DNA of 37,758 bases from an uncultured Methanosarcinales archaeon (GTDB lineage: Archaea; Nanobdellota; Nanobdellia; Woesearchaeales; BS150m-G63): the NCBI GenBank assembly GCA_964630685.1, contig CAZVVW010000010.1, positions 1-37,758 of the forward strand. Reading direction: 5' to 3'. Position numbers and translations under genes: made by a program. Position 1 is the stretch's first letter; every line of letters starts with the position of its first letter. Shown piece after piece: positions 18,031 through 27,514 of the stretch. Below the pieces are notes generated by a model. The model saw only the letters and a list, made by a program, of their open reading frames with translations. It made no database searches and was not told where the DNA came from.

Positions 18031-18729
18031 ATGAATCAAAAAGATTTTAACAGGAATTTAGACGGTTATTTGAATAAAAGAAGGATACTTAGTGGCGATT
18101 CTTTTAAGTTCTCTGAAGCGCTTTCTATGTTTAAATTTAAGAAAAAAGAAAGGAAATTTAAAGAAGTTGAAGTTGGTAATACTGAAACAGTTGTTGTTGA
18201 TGAAGAACCTGGATTTTTTGCTAAATTAAGCGAATGGTTTAAGAGAAAAAAACCAGAATTTGTTGATGAGGTAGAGGAAATGCATGAAGAAGAGTTTGAA
18301 ATGCCAGTTAGCGAACCAGAAGAATTAAGGGAAATGGAAGACGATTTAGATGAAATAGAAAAAATTGAACAAGAAGAGAGATCTAAAGTTGGAAAATTAC
18401 GAAATCTATTGAATAAATTAAAATTTTTAGGAAGAGTCAGACGAGATGAAACAGAAGATTTAGAAGAAGAAATGGAGATCCAAGAACTTAAAAAAGATGA
18501 AGCTTCAAATGATGTTCAAACTTTGATTGATTTTTCTGTTGGTTTATTACAAAGATTAACTGCAAAAGAGTTTAGGCAAATGAAAGATACTTCTGAATTT
18601 AAAGAATATAAAGAGATTGTTAAAAAGTATGTTAAACAAAAAGAAGAGATTATTGAAGAAATGTCTTCTCACAAAATTGAAGGGGAAGATTCTGTTGAAG
18701 AGATAGATTTAGGGGAAGAAAAAATTTAG
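18031..18729 (+). CDS. Hypothetical highly charged (Glu/Lys-rich) helical protein
   Basis: 232-aa ORF with SD GAGGT and an upstream TATA-like TTTATATA; no recognisable motif. Confidence 0.6.
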   Translation: MNQKDFNRNLDGYLNKRRILSGDSFKFSEALSMFKFKKKERKFKEVEVGNTETVVVDEEPGFFAKLSEWFKRKKPEFVDEVEEMHEEEFEMPVSEPEELREMEDDLDEIEKIEQEERSKVGKLRNLLNKLKFLGRVRRDETEDLEEEMEIQELKKDEASNDVQTLIDFSVGLLQRLTAKEFRQMKDTSEFKEYKEIVKKYVKQKEEIIEEMSSHKIEGEDSVEEIDLGEEKI

Positions 18730-18781
18730 TTTGATTAGGTTTCTAATTATTTTATTTATTAAGATTATTATACGTTAAGAA

Positions 18782-20179
18782 TTAATATCTATAATGGTCT
18801 GCTTTGAAAGGTCCTTCTACTGGAACATTCAAATATTCTGCTTGATTTTTTGATAATTTGGTCAAAGAAACCCCCAAATGGTTGAGGTGTAATCTAGCAA
18901 CTTCTTCATCTAATTTTTTTGAAAGTGTAAATACACCTATTTTGTAATTTTTCTCCCATAAATCTATTTGTGCAAGAACTTGATTAGTAAATGATGCACT
19001 CATTACAAAACTAGGGTGTCCAGTAGCATTACCCAAATTAACTAATCTTCCTTTAGAAAGCAATATTATTTCGTTTCCTTTTGGGAAAATGAATTTATCT
19101 ACTTGGGGCTTAATATTTATTTCTTTAATTCCTGGAAATTTTTCTAATTCACTAACTTGAATTTCATTATCAAAATGTCCAATATTACAAACAATTGCTT
19201 GATCTTTCATGTTTTTCATATGGTTAATAGTTATAACATCTTTATTTCCTGTAGTAGTTACAAAGATGTTTCCTTCTTTTAATGACTCTTCTATTGTTTT
19301 AACTTCAAATCCTTCCATGGCTGCTTGTAATGCGCAGATTGGGTCTATTTCAGTGATGATTACTCTTGCCCCAAAACCTTTCATAGATTGAGCACAACCT
19401 TTTCCAACGTCCCCATATCCACAAACCACAACTGTTTTACCTGCAACCATTACATCTGTTCCTCTTTTAATTCCATCAGCCAAGGATTCTCTACAACCAT
19501 ATAAATTATCAAATTTAGATTTTGTAACAGAATCATTAACATTAATTGCAGGGAATAATAATTTTCCTTTTTCAAAGATTTGATATAATCTATGAACTCC
19601 AGTAGTTGTTTCTTCAGAAACACCCTTGATTTGTTTAGATATGTCTGTCCATTTAGAAGGATTTTCTTTGATTGTTTTTTTGATTAAATTCATTAATTCA
19701 TTTATATTTTCTCCTTCTGAAGAATAATCTTTTTCTAAAATAGAATTGTCTTGTTCTGCTTCTTTGCCTTTATGTATTATCATTGTGGCATCTCCACCAT
19801 CATCAACAATTAAGTCAGGACCGCTTCCATTGAAGTTAAATGCCTGATCTAAACACCACCAATATTCTTTTAGTGTTTCTCCTTTCCAAGCAAAAACCGG
19901 CACTCCTGCTTTGGCAATAGCTGCAGCAGCATGGTCTTGAGTAGAATAAATGTTGCATGAAGCCCAACGAACGTCTGCGCCAAGAGATACAAGTGTTTCA
20001 ATCAAAACAGCTGTTTGGATAGTCATATGAAGACTACCTATGATTTTAGCCCCCTTTAATGGTTTTTTAGAACTATATTTTTCCCTAATTGCCATTAAAC
20101 CAGGCATTTCTTTTTCAGCAATAGTGATTTCTTTACGACCAAATTCTGCTAGTGAAATATCTTTAATTTTATAATCCAT
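18782..20179 (-). CDS. ahcY: Adenosylhomocysteinase
   Basis: [54 protein letters not shown]-terminal DHYRY. Confidence 0.97.
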   Translation of the reverse strand: MDYKIKDISLAEFGRKEITIAEKEMPGLMAIREKYSSKKPLKGAKIIGSLHMTIQTAVLIETLVSLGADVRWASCNIYSTQDHAAAAIAKAGVPVFAWKGETLKEYWWCLDQAFNFNGSGPDLIVDDGGDATMIIHKGKEAEQDNSILEKDYSSEGENINELMNLIKKTIKENPSKWTDISKQIKGVSEETTTGVHRLYQIFEKGKLLFPAINVNDSVTKSKFDNLYGCRESLADGIKRGTDVMVAGKTVVVCGYGDVGKGCAQSMKGFGARVIITEIDPICALQAAMEGFEVKTIEESLKEGNIFVTTTGNKDVITINHMKNMKDQAIVCNIGHFDNEIQVSELEKFPGIKEINIKPQVDKFIFPKGNEIILLSKGRLVNLGNATGHPSFVMSASFTNQVLAQIDLWEKNYKIGVFTLSKKLDEEVARLHLNHLGVSLTKLSKNQAEYLNVPVEGPFKADHYRY

Positions 20180-20218
20180 AAAGGGTTTATTTAGTGGTTT
20201 ATTTATATGTTTTTTGTT

Positions 20219-21145
20219 TTAAGAGTATAAATAATTGAATTCTTCTAGAAACTTTTTTGCTATGTTTTTATTATGGATTATTAGGATATTTTCATCATTT
20301 ACTTGATTTCCATTTGTTGTAGGATTGTAAGAGCCTGTGATAACTGTTTTGTTGTCTATTATGAATACTTTGTGATGGAGGTTTGCTTTGTTTTGGTCTT
20401 GAATGATTGGAATTTTAGCTTCTTTCAAGATGTTGAATGTGCTCCACTTGTTTATGTTCTTTTTTTCCATTATTCCTTTAATAGTTAAGCCTTGTTGGTG
20501 TTTGTTGATAAAGGTATTTGTGATGTCTTTGTCTGTTAGGTAAAATAACATGAAGTGAATACTTTTGTTTGCGCTGTTTAATGTCTGGACCACTTTTTCT
20601 TTACAATTATCTTCTGGACAAAAATAAGTTTCTATCTTTTGACTGTTCAAAAATATTATAGGGTAGGGGGTTTTTGATTTTTTATTGTGGTATAATTCTT
20701 GAAATTCTGATTCATAATTTTCTGAAAGGGTTGATGAGCGAATTATTACTATATTGTTATTGTTTTTAGTGTTGCCGTTTGTGGTAGGGTTAAAAGAACC
20801 GGTAAGGATTATTTGGTTGTCAAAGATGCAAAATTTGTTGTGCATTTGCTGTTTGTCATAATCATATTTAATGAATGAGTCTGGAGGGTTGAGTTTAGAA
20901 GATTCAAGGAGAACTTTGATATCAATCTCTTTTGCTTTTTTTCTTAGAGTTGTTAATAAGTGTTCTAAGTTGAGGTCATATAGGGCGCAATGAACTGAAG
21001 TTGTTGAGTGATTAATTAGTTGGTTTAAGATTTGGCTACAATCATCTCTTGGACAGAAGTAAGTTAGGGGTTCTATAGAAGTTTCGTAAGGAATGCTGGT
21101 ACATGCAGTTAACAGGATTAAAGGAATTAAGTAGTTTATTTTCAT
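20219..21145 (-). CDS. Phospholipase D-family protein with two HKD motifs, putative lipoprotein
   Basis: MHNKFCIFD...TGSFN and LHHKVFIID...TGSYN; duplicated YFCP; lipobox-like LLTAC. Confidence 0.88.
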   Translation of the reverse strand: MKINYLIPLILLTACTSIPYETSIEPLTYFCPRDDCSQILNQLINHSTTSVHCALYDLNLEHLLTTLRKKAKEIDIKVLLESSKLNPPDSFIKYDYDKQQMHNKFCIFDNQIILTGSFNPTTNGNTKNNNNIVIIRSSTLSENYESEFQELYHNKKSKTPYPIIFLNSQKIETYFCPEDNCKEKVVQTLNSANKSIHFMLFYLTDKDITNTFINKHQQGLTIKGIMEKKNINKWSTFNILKEAKIPIIQDQNKANLHHKVFIIDNKTVITGSYNPTTNGNQVNDENILIIHNKNIAKKFLEEFNYLYS

Positions 21146-21223
21146 GCTTTTTTTGAGTTTTTAGAGATTAATAAGTGTTGGCTAAGAAAACTTGAAAATT
21201 TTTCAATTTGGTTAAATATGTTT

Positions 21224-21279
21224 GTTACTACTCTATAATGCTTAAAAACCGAAACATTTAAATATTAGTACTACTCTAT
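21224..21279 (+). promoter_or_regulatory. BRE/TATA promoter flanked by a TACTACTCTAT direct repeat
   Basis: CCGAAACATTTAAATA at 21249-21264; TACTACTCTAT at 21226-21236 and 21269-21279. Confidence 0.6.
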
Positions 21280-21288
21280 CATAGTTAC

Positions 21289-21383
21289 TTGGGGGTGAAA
21301 GTTCTAATCACCACTAATATAATTAAGATCACCTCTTTTTCCCCTATAAGCTTTTACTTCGGTAATTGTTTATAGGGGTTTTA
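21289..21383 (+). ncRNA. Candidate structured small RNA
   Basis: Starts about 25 nt after the TATA box; GGGGTGA/TCACCTC pairing; CCCCTATAAGC...TTAC-TTCG-GTAA...GTTTATAGGGG hairpin with a cUUCGg tetraloop, then TTTT; no ATG ORF. Confidence 0.5.
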
Positions 21384-21402
21384 TAATCACTAATTAAAAT
21401 TA

Positions 21403-23166
21403 TTATTTATTTCTTTTTGAGGGCTTTTTCTTTTTAGATTTTTTTGTCTTAGAATTATTTTTAAACTTTTGGTGTAATATTGGGCCAAGCATTATTAGAA
21501 TTCCAATTAAAATTCCACTAAGAAATATTTGGAATTTTTCTAAGTCTATTGAAGGTTCTTTATATACTTTCCTTTCTTTAAAATAAAGCCAAATATTACT
21601 TAATTCTAATGCTTGTTCTGCGTAAATCAAAGAAGAAATAGGATTATTTTCTTTTAAGTCTTGAGAATAAAGATAATAACTGTAACCAAGAATGGGGAAT
21701 CTCCCTTTTTCACTTTCTTGAATTATCTGTTCTTTTGCAACGTTTAGTTTTTCATCAATTAGTATAGGTATTTCATCTTCTTTTATGTTTATTGCACTTA
21801 AAGTAACGTCTAATTCTGCTTTGGCTTTACTTGCTTTGAATAGACAGAGCTCATATTCTCTTTTTTCTAGGTTTTGATATGCGTGGTCTAATTCCTTTTT
21901 AGTGTTCTCTAAAGGATAAGGAGTTATTAATTTTACATATTGATATCTTTCTTCTGCTTCAGAAAGTTTATTTAAACAAGAATTTTTTATTTGTGTGCTT
22001 TTTAGATAATTCTTTTTTTCTCCTTTGTCAAAGAATTCTGACCATACTATTGCGCTGAAGAATCTTTCAGTAGCATAAGCTAGGTTGGATGCTGCTTTTC
22101 CTTCTTTGTGAGCTTTTTTAAATCCATCAGTGATGTGGTTTTTTGCATCTAATAATCTTTCTTTTACAATTATTTTTGTTTGGAAATCTGTAATTGTGTT
22201 TATTTCTTTTTTATCTATTTGGTTTTCAAATTCACCTAATTCATGTTTTAAGTTATTTAAATCTGCTATAACTTTATTTCTTGGTAATTTTTCTGTTAAG
22301 ATGTTTCTTAGTTTAATATTTGCACCAAAACAATAAGATGCTGCAGGGTAATAGGCAGAATTATTTTTTGCTTTTTCTGCAGATTGAGTTAAGTTTATTG
22401 CTTCTTGAAATTTGCTGTGATTGGAAGTTCTGGTTTTATTTACTTGTGTTAAAAGGGTTTGAGTTTTAGCACATAAAGTTTCAGAAATATCTCTCATTGT
22501 TTGTTGGTAAATTGGATCTATGATGAGTTCTTTTTTTTCAGTTTCATAATTTTTGCCAGTGAATTCATGAAGTGCTTGTTTAAGATTTGAAACTTTAATT
22601 ACATCTATTGAATGATTTGAAGAATATTCTGTTAAGTTTAGGGTTTCATTGTTTTCTGTTAAAGATGATGAGCTTGGAATAAGCACTTTTTTTAAACCTT
22701 TTTTTTCTGCTGCGTTTATTTTAGCTTTGATTCCTCCAACTGAACCTATGATTCCTCCTGAGTTAATTGTTCCAGTGATAGTGGTTTCTTTATCTATTTG
22801 GATTTCTTCAAGTAAAGCTATTGTGAGAACAGTTATCGCTGCTCCTGCACTTGGTCCCCCTATGATTGCTGAATTTGAACGAATAGTGTAAAAGAAATCT
22901 GTTTGTTCACAATCTTTTTCAAGAAAATCACAAGCTATTTCTTTTGCGAATCTTGTAGACATTTGGGTGTCTACTTTAGTCAGCGGAAATGTATCAAGAT
23001 AAACTTTTCCGCTTCCTTCTTTTATTGTTAAGTATAAATCTGCTATACCTCCTTTTTCATTTGTTGGATCTGTAACTGCCAATAATTTCATGTGGCCTGT
23101 TGTTGCTGTTATTGTTGGCACTAACAGAAAGAAAAAGAGTAATGTGGTTAAAGCTTTTTTTTGCAT
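21403..23166 (-). CDS. Archaeal S16 (Lon-like) serine protease, secreted and membrane-anchored
   Basis: GGPSAG catalytic Ser, TGTINSGGIIGSVGGIKAK (catalytic Lys); signal peptide from M at 23166 (the ORF track starts at 23199); C-terminal TM helix. Confidence 0.85.
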   Translation of the reverse strand: MQKKALTTLLFFFLLVPTITATTGHMKLLAVTDPTNEKGGIADLYLTIKEGSGKVYLDTFPLTKVDTQMSTRFAKEIACDFLEKDCEQTDFFYTIRSNSAIIGGPSAGAAITVLTIALLEEIQIDKETTITGTINSGGIIGSVGGIKAKINAAEKKGLKKVLIPSSSSLTENNETLNLTEYSSNHSIDVIKVSNLKQALHEFTGKNYETEKKELIIDPIYQQTMRDISETLCAKTQTLLTQVNKTRTSNHSKFQEAINLTQSAEKAKNNSAYYPAASYCFGANIKLRNILTEKLPRNKVIADLNNLKHELGEFENQIDKKEINTITDFQTKIIVKERLLDAKNHITDGFKKAHKEGKAASNLAYATERFFSAIVWSEFFDKGEKKNYLKSTQIKNSCLNKLSEAEERYQYVKLITPYPLENTKKELDHAYQNLEKREYELCLFKASKAKAELDVTLSAINIKEDEIPILIDEKLNVAKEQIIQESEKGRFPILGYSYYLYSQDLKENNPISSLIYAEQALELSNIWLYFKERKVYKEPSIDLEKFQIFLSGILIGILIMLGPILHQKFKNNSKTKKSKKKKPSKRNK

Positions 23167-23237
23167 TAATTTAGAGATTTCTTTTTGATATTTATACATA
23201 TCGATTTAATTAATGAGGTTTAGAAATTTGGAAAGGG

Positions 23238-24020
23238 TTATTTAAGATACTTCATTGCTTCTTGAGGGGTTTTGTGGTTAAAAATAATACTCTTTAATGC
23301 TTTAGTCATCTTTAGAGGGTGTTTGTGTTGCCAGATGTTTCTTCCTATTGCTAGTCCTGTTGCACCTGCTTGCATCACTTCATAAGCTTTTTGTAGGAGT
23401 TGTTTGTCTGTTAATTTAGAACCTCCAGCTACAAGTACTTTTGTTCTTCCTGCTGATTTTATTACCCATCTAAATCTATCCATGTTGTTGTTGTATTTTA
23501 TTTTAGCGAAATCTGCTCCAAGTTCTAAAGCAGTTCTTGCAGCATAAGCAAGAATTTTTGTTGTGGTGTCGTTTTTTATTGCAGAACCTCTTGGATAAAT
23601 CCAAGCAATAACTGGTAGATGTTCATTATGTGCTTCTTCAACTATTTTTCCAAACTCATGAAACTGTTTAGCTTCAAATTGTGAACCTATGTAGAGGGTG
23701 TAACCAACTGCTTTGGCACCTAATTTTATTGCTCTTTTTACTGAGCATACTTTTCTAGATAAAGGCTCCATCTTAGGGAGATTTGTTTTTCCATTGAGTT
23801 TTATTATGAGTGGAACAGTTTGTTTCTTTTTTGAATAATATTTTTCTGCTATTCCATGATGTAGAATCAGCCCATTATATTTTCCTTTTATTGCTATGTC
23901 AATGAAATAAAGTGGATCTACATTAGCCATATTAAAATCAGTTGGACCGTGTTCTAATCCTTGATCATATGCTAAGAAAATCCCCTTACCTTTAGTAGTG
24001 ATTCTTTCTAAATTTACCAT
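23238..24020 (-). CDS. Class IA fructose-bisphosphate aldolase (DhnA/FbaB family)
   Basis: AYDQGLEHGP, KLNGKT, YPRG, ELGADFAK, VAGG, GRNIWQ. Confidence 0.9.
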   Translation of the reverse strand: MVNLERITTKGKGIFLAYDQGLEHGPTDFNMANVDPLYFIDIAIKGKYNGLILHHGIAEKYYSKKKQTVPLIIKLNGKTNLPKMEPLSRKVCSVKRAIKLGAKAVGYTLYIGSQFEAKQFHEFGKIVEEAHNEHLPVIAWIYPRGSAIKNDTTTKILAYAARTALELGADFAKIKYNNNMDRFRWVIKSAGRTKVLVAGGSKLTDKQLLQKAYEVMQAGATGLAIGRNIWQHKHPLKMTKALKSIIFNHKTPQEAMKYLK

Positions 24021-24173
24021 TTTACCTCTTTTTATATTGATATTAAATTATTAATAACAATAAAGTTGTTATGCTTAGTATTAAGCAATACTCTAATAAA
24101 TATTTTTGCTTTTTCTTTCTTTTTGGAGTTCTTGGTAAGTCTCTTTTGTCATAATTAATCAATTGTTAACACC

Positions 24174-25151
24174 TTAGTATGTTTTTACTGTTAATCTCTT
24201 TTTGTTTAATAGTCTGTTAATTTCATTTCTTTTTAATAGTTTGTTTTTTGCTCCGTGATGAGTTATAACTGATTCTGCATTTATTAATCCAGTTTTAAGT
24301 GCTGTCGGAATGTCTTTGTTTTTTATTAGTGCTGAAAGGAAAGATGATGCAAAAGCGTCTCCTGCACCAGTTGATTCAATTATTTTTAGGTTGTGAGGTT
24401 TTATTTTGTGATATTTTTTAGTGTCAAATGCAATAACATAATGTTTTCCATGTGTGATTACAACTAATTCTGGACCTTTGAGCGTTAGTTTTTTGAGTAG
24501 TTCTTCAACTGTTTTTCCTCTGACTAAGTTTGATGCTTCTTCTTTATTTAAGATGAGCATATTTGTGTTTTTCAGAATTTTTTTTAAGTAGTTTATTCCA
24601 TTTCTTGTTAGGTAGCTGCTTGGATTAAATGCAACTTTAATATTGTTTTTTTGAGCATAGGCTGAGAGTTTTTCTAATGTTTTGAAAGAAGTGTCAACCA
24701 TTGATGAAAAATAGAACCATTTTGTTTTTAGTTTGTTTGGGTTAATTTCATTGAATTTGAGATTGTTGTTTGCGCCTTTATGGGTAAGAATTGTTCTATC
24801 ATGAGCTTGGCTATCAAGGATTATGGAATAGCCAGAGTTTTCTTTTCCAGTTACTCCAATGAAATCTATTTTTTCTTTTTTTAATTGTTTTTTGATGAGT
24901 GTTCCATTTTCATCGTTACCTATTTTTCCAAGGTAAGCTGTTTTATTGCCTAATCTTGAGAATGCAACAGCAGTGTTTGTGCCACCACCCCCTGTTGTGA
25001 AATTTAATTCTTTGATTAGTAGTTTGGTTCCCAAAGGGTATGCTAGCATTTTTGTTAGTTTATGGTGACTCTTTTTTGAAAATATTTCAGAATTAGTATT
25101 CACAAATACATCTATAGTTGAACTTCCTACTGTTATAACATCATACCTCAT
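24174..25151 (-). CDS. PfkB-family carbohydrate kinase
   Basis: GGGGTNTAVAFSRLG, LNKEEA, ESTGAGDAF. Confidence 0.9.
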   Translation of the reverse strand: MRYDVITVGSSTIDVFVNTNSEIFSKKSHHKLTKMLAYPLGTKLLIKELNFTTGGGGTNTAVAFSRLGNKTAYLGKIGNDENGTLIKKQLKKEKIDFIGVTGKENSGYSIILDSQAHDRTILTHKGANNNLKFNEINPNKLKTKWFYFSSMVDTSFKTLEKLSAYAQKNNIKVAFNPSSYLTRNGINYLKKILKNTNMLILNKEEASNLVRGKTVEELLKKLTLKGPELVVITHGKHYVIAFDTKKYHKIKPHNLKIIESTGAGDAFASSFLSALIKNKDIPTALKTGLINAESVITHHGAKNKLLKRNEINRLLNKKRLTVKTY

Positions 25152-25228
25152 TTTTTATTTGATTTGTTTTGAAAGTTTATATATTTTTACTTTTCTATTT
25201 TTAATTTTCTATTTTTAATTTCTTATCT

Positions 25229-26185
25229 TTATTTTTTGAGTATTACTATGTTTCTAGTCAATGAGCGATGAACTCTTAATTTGAATATTTGTTTTATCTT
25301 GAATTTGGTTTTTTTTATTAAATTTTTTATGTTTACTTTATTTGGAAAAATTATGACTGCATTATCTGTTGAATTCTGTGCCGATGAAAGAAATTTAGAG
25401 TATAATTCTTTTAAGTTCTTTTTTTGGAATAAACTTGAATGAAGTCCATAAGGTAAATCTGTAATTATTAATGATGCTTTTTCTAATTTTGTTGTTGAAT
25501 CTTTATGTTTTAATTTATAGTTTTTTATTTTATAGTGTTTTAGGTTTTTTTCACACCCTTTTAGTAGAAAGTCTGAAAGATCATAACCTACTGGTTTGTA
25601 GTCTAAAAGGCCTGCTTCAATCAAAATTCCTCCTGTTCCACAGAAAGGGTCTAATAGTTTTCCTTTGGTTTTTCCAGATAGATTAATCATGGCTCTTGCT
25701 AATTTTGGTTTGAGTGTTGTTGGATGCATAGAAGGTCTTATTTTAGGGTGTCTTTTTTCGAACTCTGAGTTTATTTCAGTTATCAAAAGACCACAAAACA
25801 CTTGTTTTTTATAGATGAATAATTCTATCTGAGTTTTTGAGTTTGTGAGATTAACTTTGGGTTTTTTTACTTTGTCCCATATATATCCAGCTAATTCTTT
25901 TTCTTGGAGATTTCTTTTGTTGTGAATTCTTAGCGAGAAATTTTTTTTGTAGATATTGTTCCAATTAAATTTAGCTAGGTCTTTTTCAAGATTTTTTAAT
26001 GTTGAACTGAAAAGAAATTTGTAAATTTTTTTAGTGTAAGCGAGCCGGTCTATGTTTTTTGTTTTGTTTGTTGTGAGAATCAGTAAATTATTATAGCTCT
26101 TTGGAGATTTTCCATCTGTTACTGTTATTGCCTCTTCTTTTGCCAGTTTTAAGTGTTCTCCAGAGAGGAGGAACATTAACTTCAT
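25229..26185 (-). CDS. THUMP-domain tRNA (guanine-N2) methyltransferase, Trm11/TIGR01177-like
   Basis: LSGEH N-terminus, PKLARAMINLS, LDPFCGTGG, TDLPYG, VHRSLTR. Confidence 0.85.
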   Translation of the reverse strand: MKLMFLLSGEHLKLAKEEAITVTDGKSPKSYNNLLILTTNKTKNIDRLAYTKKIYKFLFSSTLKNLEKDLAKFNWNNIYKKNFSLRIHNKRNLQEKELAGYIWDKVKKPKVNLTNSKTQIELFIYKKQVFCGLLITEINSEFEKRHPKIRPSMHPTTLKPKLARAMINLSGKTKGKLLDPFCGTGGILIEAGLLDYKPVGYDLSDFLLKGCEKNLKHYKIKNYKLKHKDSTTKLEKASLIITDLPYGLHSSLFQKKNLKELYSKFLSSAQNSTDNAVIIFPNKVNIKNLIKKTKFKIKQIFKLRVHRSLTRNIVILKK

Positions 26186-26287
26186 ATTTTTTGATTGGAT
26201 TAGTATTTTAATAAACTTTACTATTCTTTTTTACTATATTGTAAATTATTAGTAAATTATTTAAATCCTTTAATTAAAAGAAATAAT

Positions 26288-26602
26288 ATGAAAGGAAGAC
26301 CTATTGGAAGTATCATAAGACAAAACATAATTGAGATTCTTTATTTTATGGGAAATGGTTATGGGTATGATATTTACAAAGCATATATGGATATTTTTCC
26401 AAAAGTTACTATGCGTTCAGTTTATTATCATCTGAGAAAAGGATTGGAATTGGGAGAGTTTAAAATTTATAAAGCTGGAAAAGAAAAAGGAGATTATTCT
26501 TGGGGAAGTGAAGCTGAAAAAGTATATTATGAATTAGGGAATTCTGCTAAACCTTTGGGAAAAGAAAATGTTAAAGAATATTTTGATAAAAAGAAAAAAT
26601 AA
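26288..26602 (+). CDS. Conserved hypothetical winged-helix protein
   Basis: GRP..SIIRQNIIEIL, GYDIYKAY and TMRSVYYHLRKG form an HTH-like pattern; C-terminal EKVYYEL wing. Confidence 0.65.
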   Translation: MKGRPIGSIIRQNIIEILYFMGNGYGYDIYKAYMDIFPKVTMRSVYYHLRKGLELGEFKIYKAGKEKGDYSWGSEAEKVYYELGNSAKPLGKENVKEYFDKKKK

Positions 26603-26770
26603 TTTTCTTTTTTGATTTATTTTAACTTTCTGAAAAACACAAACCAATTTTTAAAAAAAGTAGAATCAAAACCAACTTTTAAAAAAAGTTGGATTAAAAG
26701 ATACATGACACACTAAAACTAGCGTTTTAGAGGTCATGCCAACATTTTTTGAGTAATATCTTTTTGATAT
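26600..26770. repeat. Hairpin-rich insert flanked by a duplicated trmJ 3' end
   Basis: Minus strand 26643-26617 translates FVFFRKLK*, versus the trmJ end FGFFRKLK*; insert has AAACCAA(T/C)TTTTAAAAAAAGT x2, a CCAACTTTT/AAAAGTTGG palindrome and a CATGAC...GTCATG hairpin. Confidence 0.6.
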
Positions 26771-27448
26771 TTATTTGAGTTTACGAAAAAAGCCGAATAA
26801 AGCAAAGATTTCTCTTTTTGTTAAGAAGGATTTGTTTAGAACTTTTTTCCAAGCTATTTTTTGTGTTTGTTTTTTCTCTTTTGTTGTAAATGTAAATTTA
26901 TTGAGGAGTTGATCAATTCTTTTTAAAAGAACTTGCTTATCTGTTGCAGAAGCCAATTCAATTTGTGCTGTTTTTTTTGTTTTGAATATTTCATAAAAAA
27001 TTATTGAAGCAGCATGACTAATATTCATTGTTGGATAGATTTCTGAAGTTGGAATTCTTACAGTTATATCACATTTTTTTATTTCTGCGTTTGTTAACCC
27101 ATCACTTTCTCTTCCGAAAACAATTACAACATTATTTTTTATATTTTTTATATTTTTAGCTAATTGTTCTGGAGATAATGCAACTCTAGGCATGTTGTAA
27201 TCTGTTCCATGAATTGCAGTTGTGCCAATTATATAATCAAATTTTTTTAAATAGCTGAAACTTTTTGCTATTTTTGCTTCTTGAAGAAGTTCTTTTGCAT
27301 GTTTTGATCTTGCAATTGCTTCACTACTCAAATGATTGCATTGGGGGTCTATTAGGATCAATTTTGAAAGGCCAAAGTTTTTCATGGCTCTTGCTATTGC
27401 ACCAAGATTTCCAGAAGTTTCTGGTTGGATTAAAGCTATATGTATCAT
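26771..27448 (-). CDS. trmJ: SPOUT tRNA methyltransferase, TrmJ/LasT family
   Basis: PETSGNLGAIARAMKNFG, FGRESDGLTN, YPTMNISHA. Confidence 0.88.
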   Translation of the reverse strand: MIHIALIQPETSGNLGAIARAMKNFGLSKLILIDPQCNHLSSEAIARSKHAKELLQEAKIAKSFSYLKKFDYIIGTTAIHGTDYNMPRVALSPEQLAKNIKNIKNNVVIVFGRESDGLTNAEIKKCDITVRIPTSEIYPTMNISHAASIIFYEIFKTKKTAQIELASATDKQVLLKRIDQLLNKFTFTTKEKKQTQKIAWKKVLNKSFLTKREIFALFGFFRKLK

Positions 27449-27514
27449 TTTTGATTTATGTGATTGTAGACTTAGAAATTTGGTGAATATTTAAATTTAT
27501 TGAAATAAGGTATT

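Noticed and set aside
24093..24152. 19-codon minus-strand ORF MTKETYQELQKERKSKNIY
   Set aside because: Too short, with no recognisable motif or supporting signal
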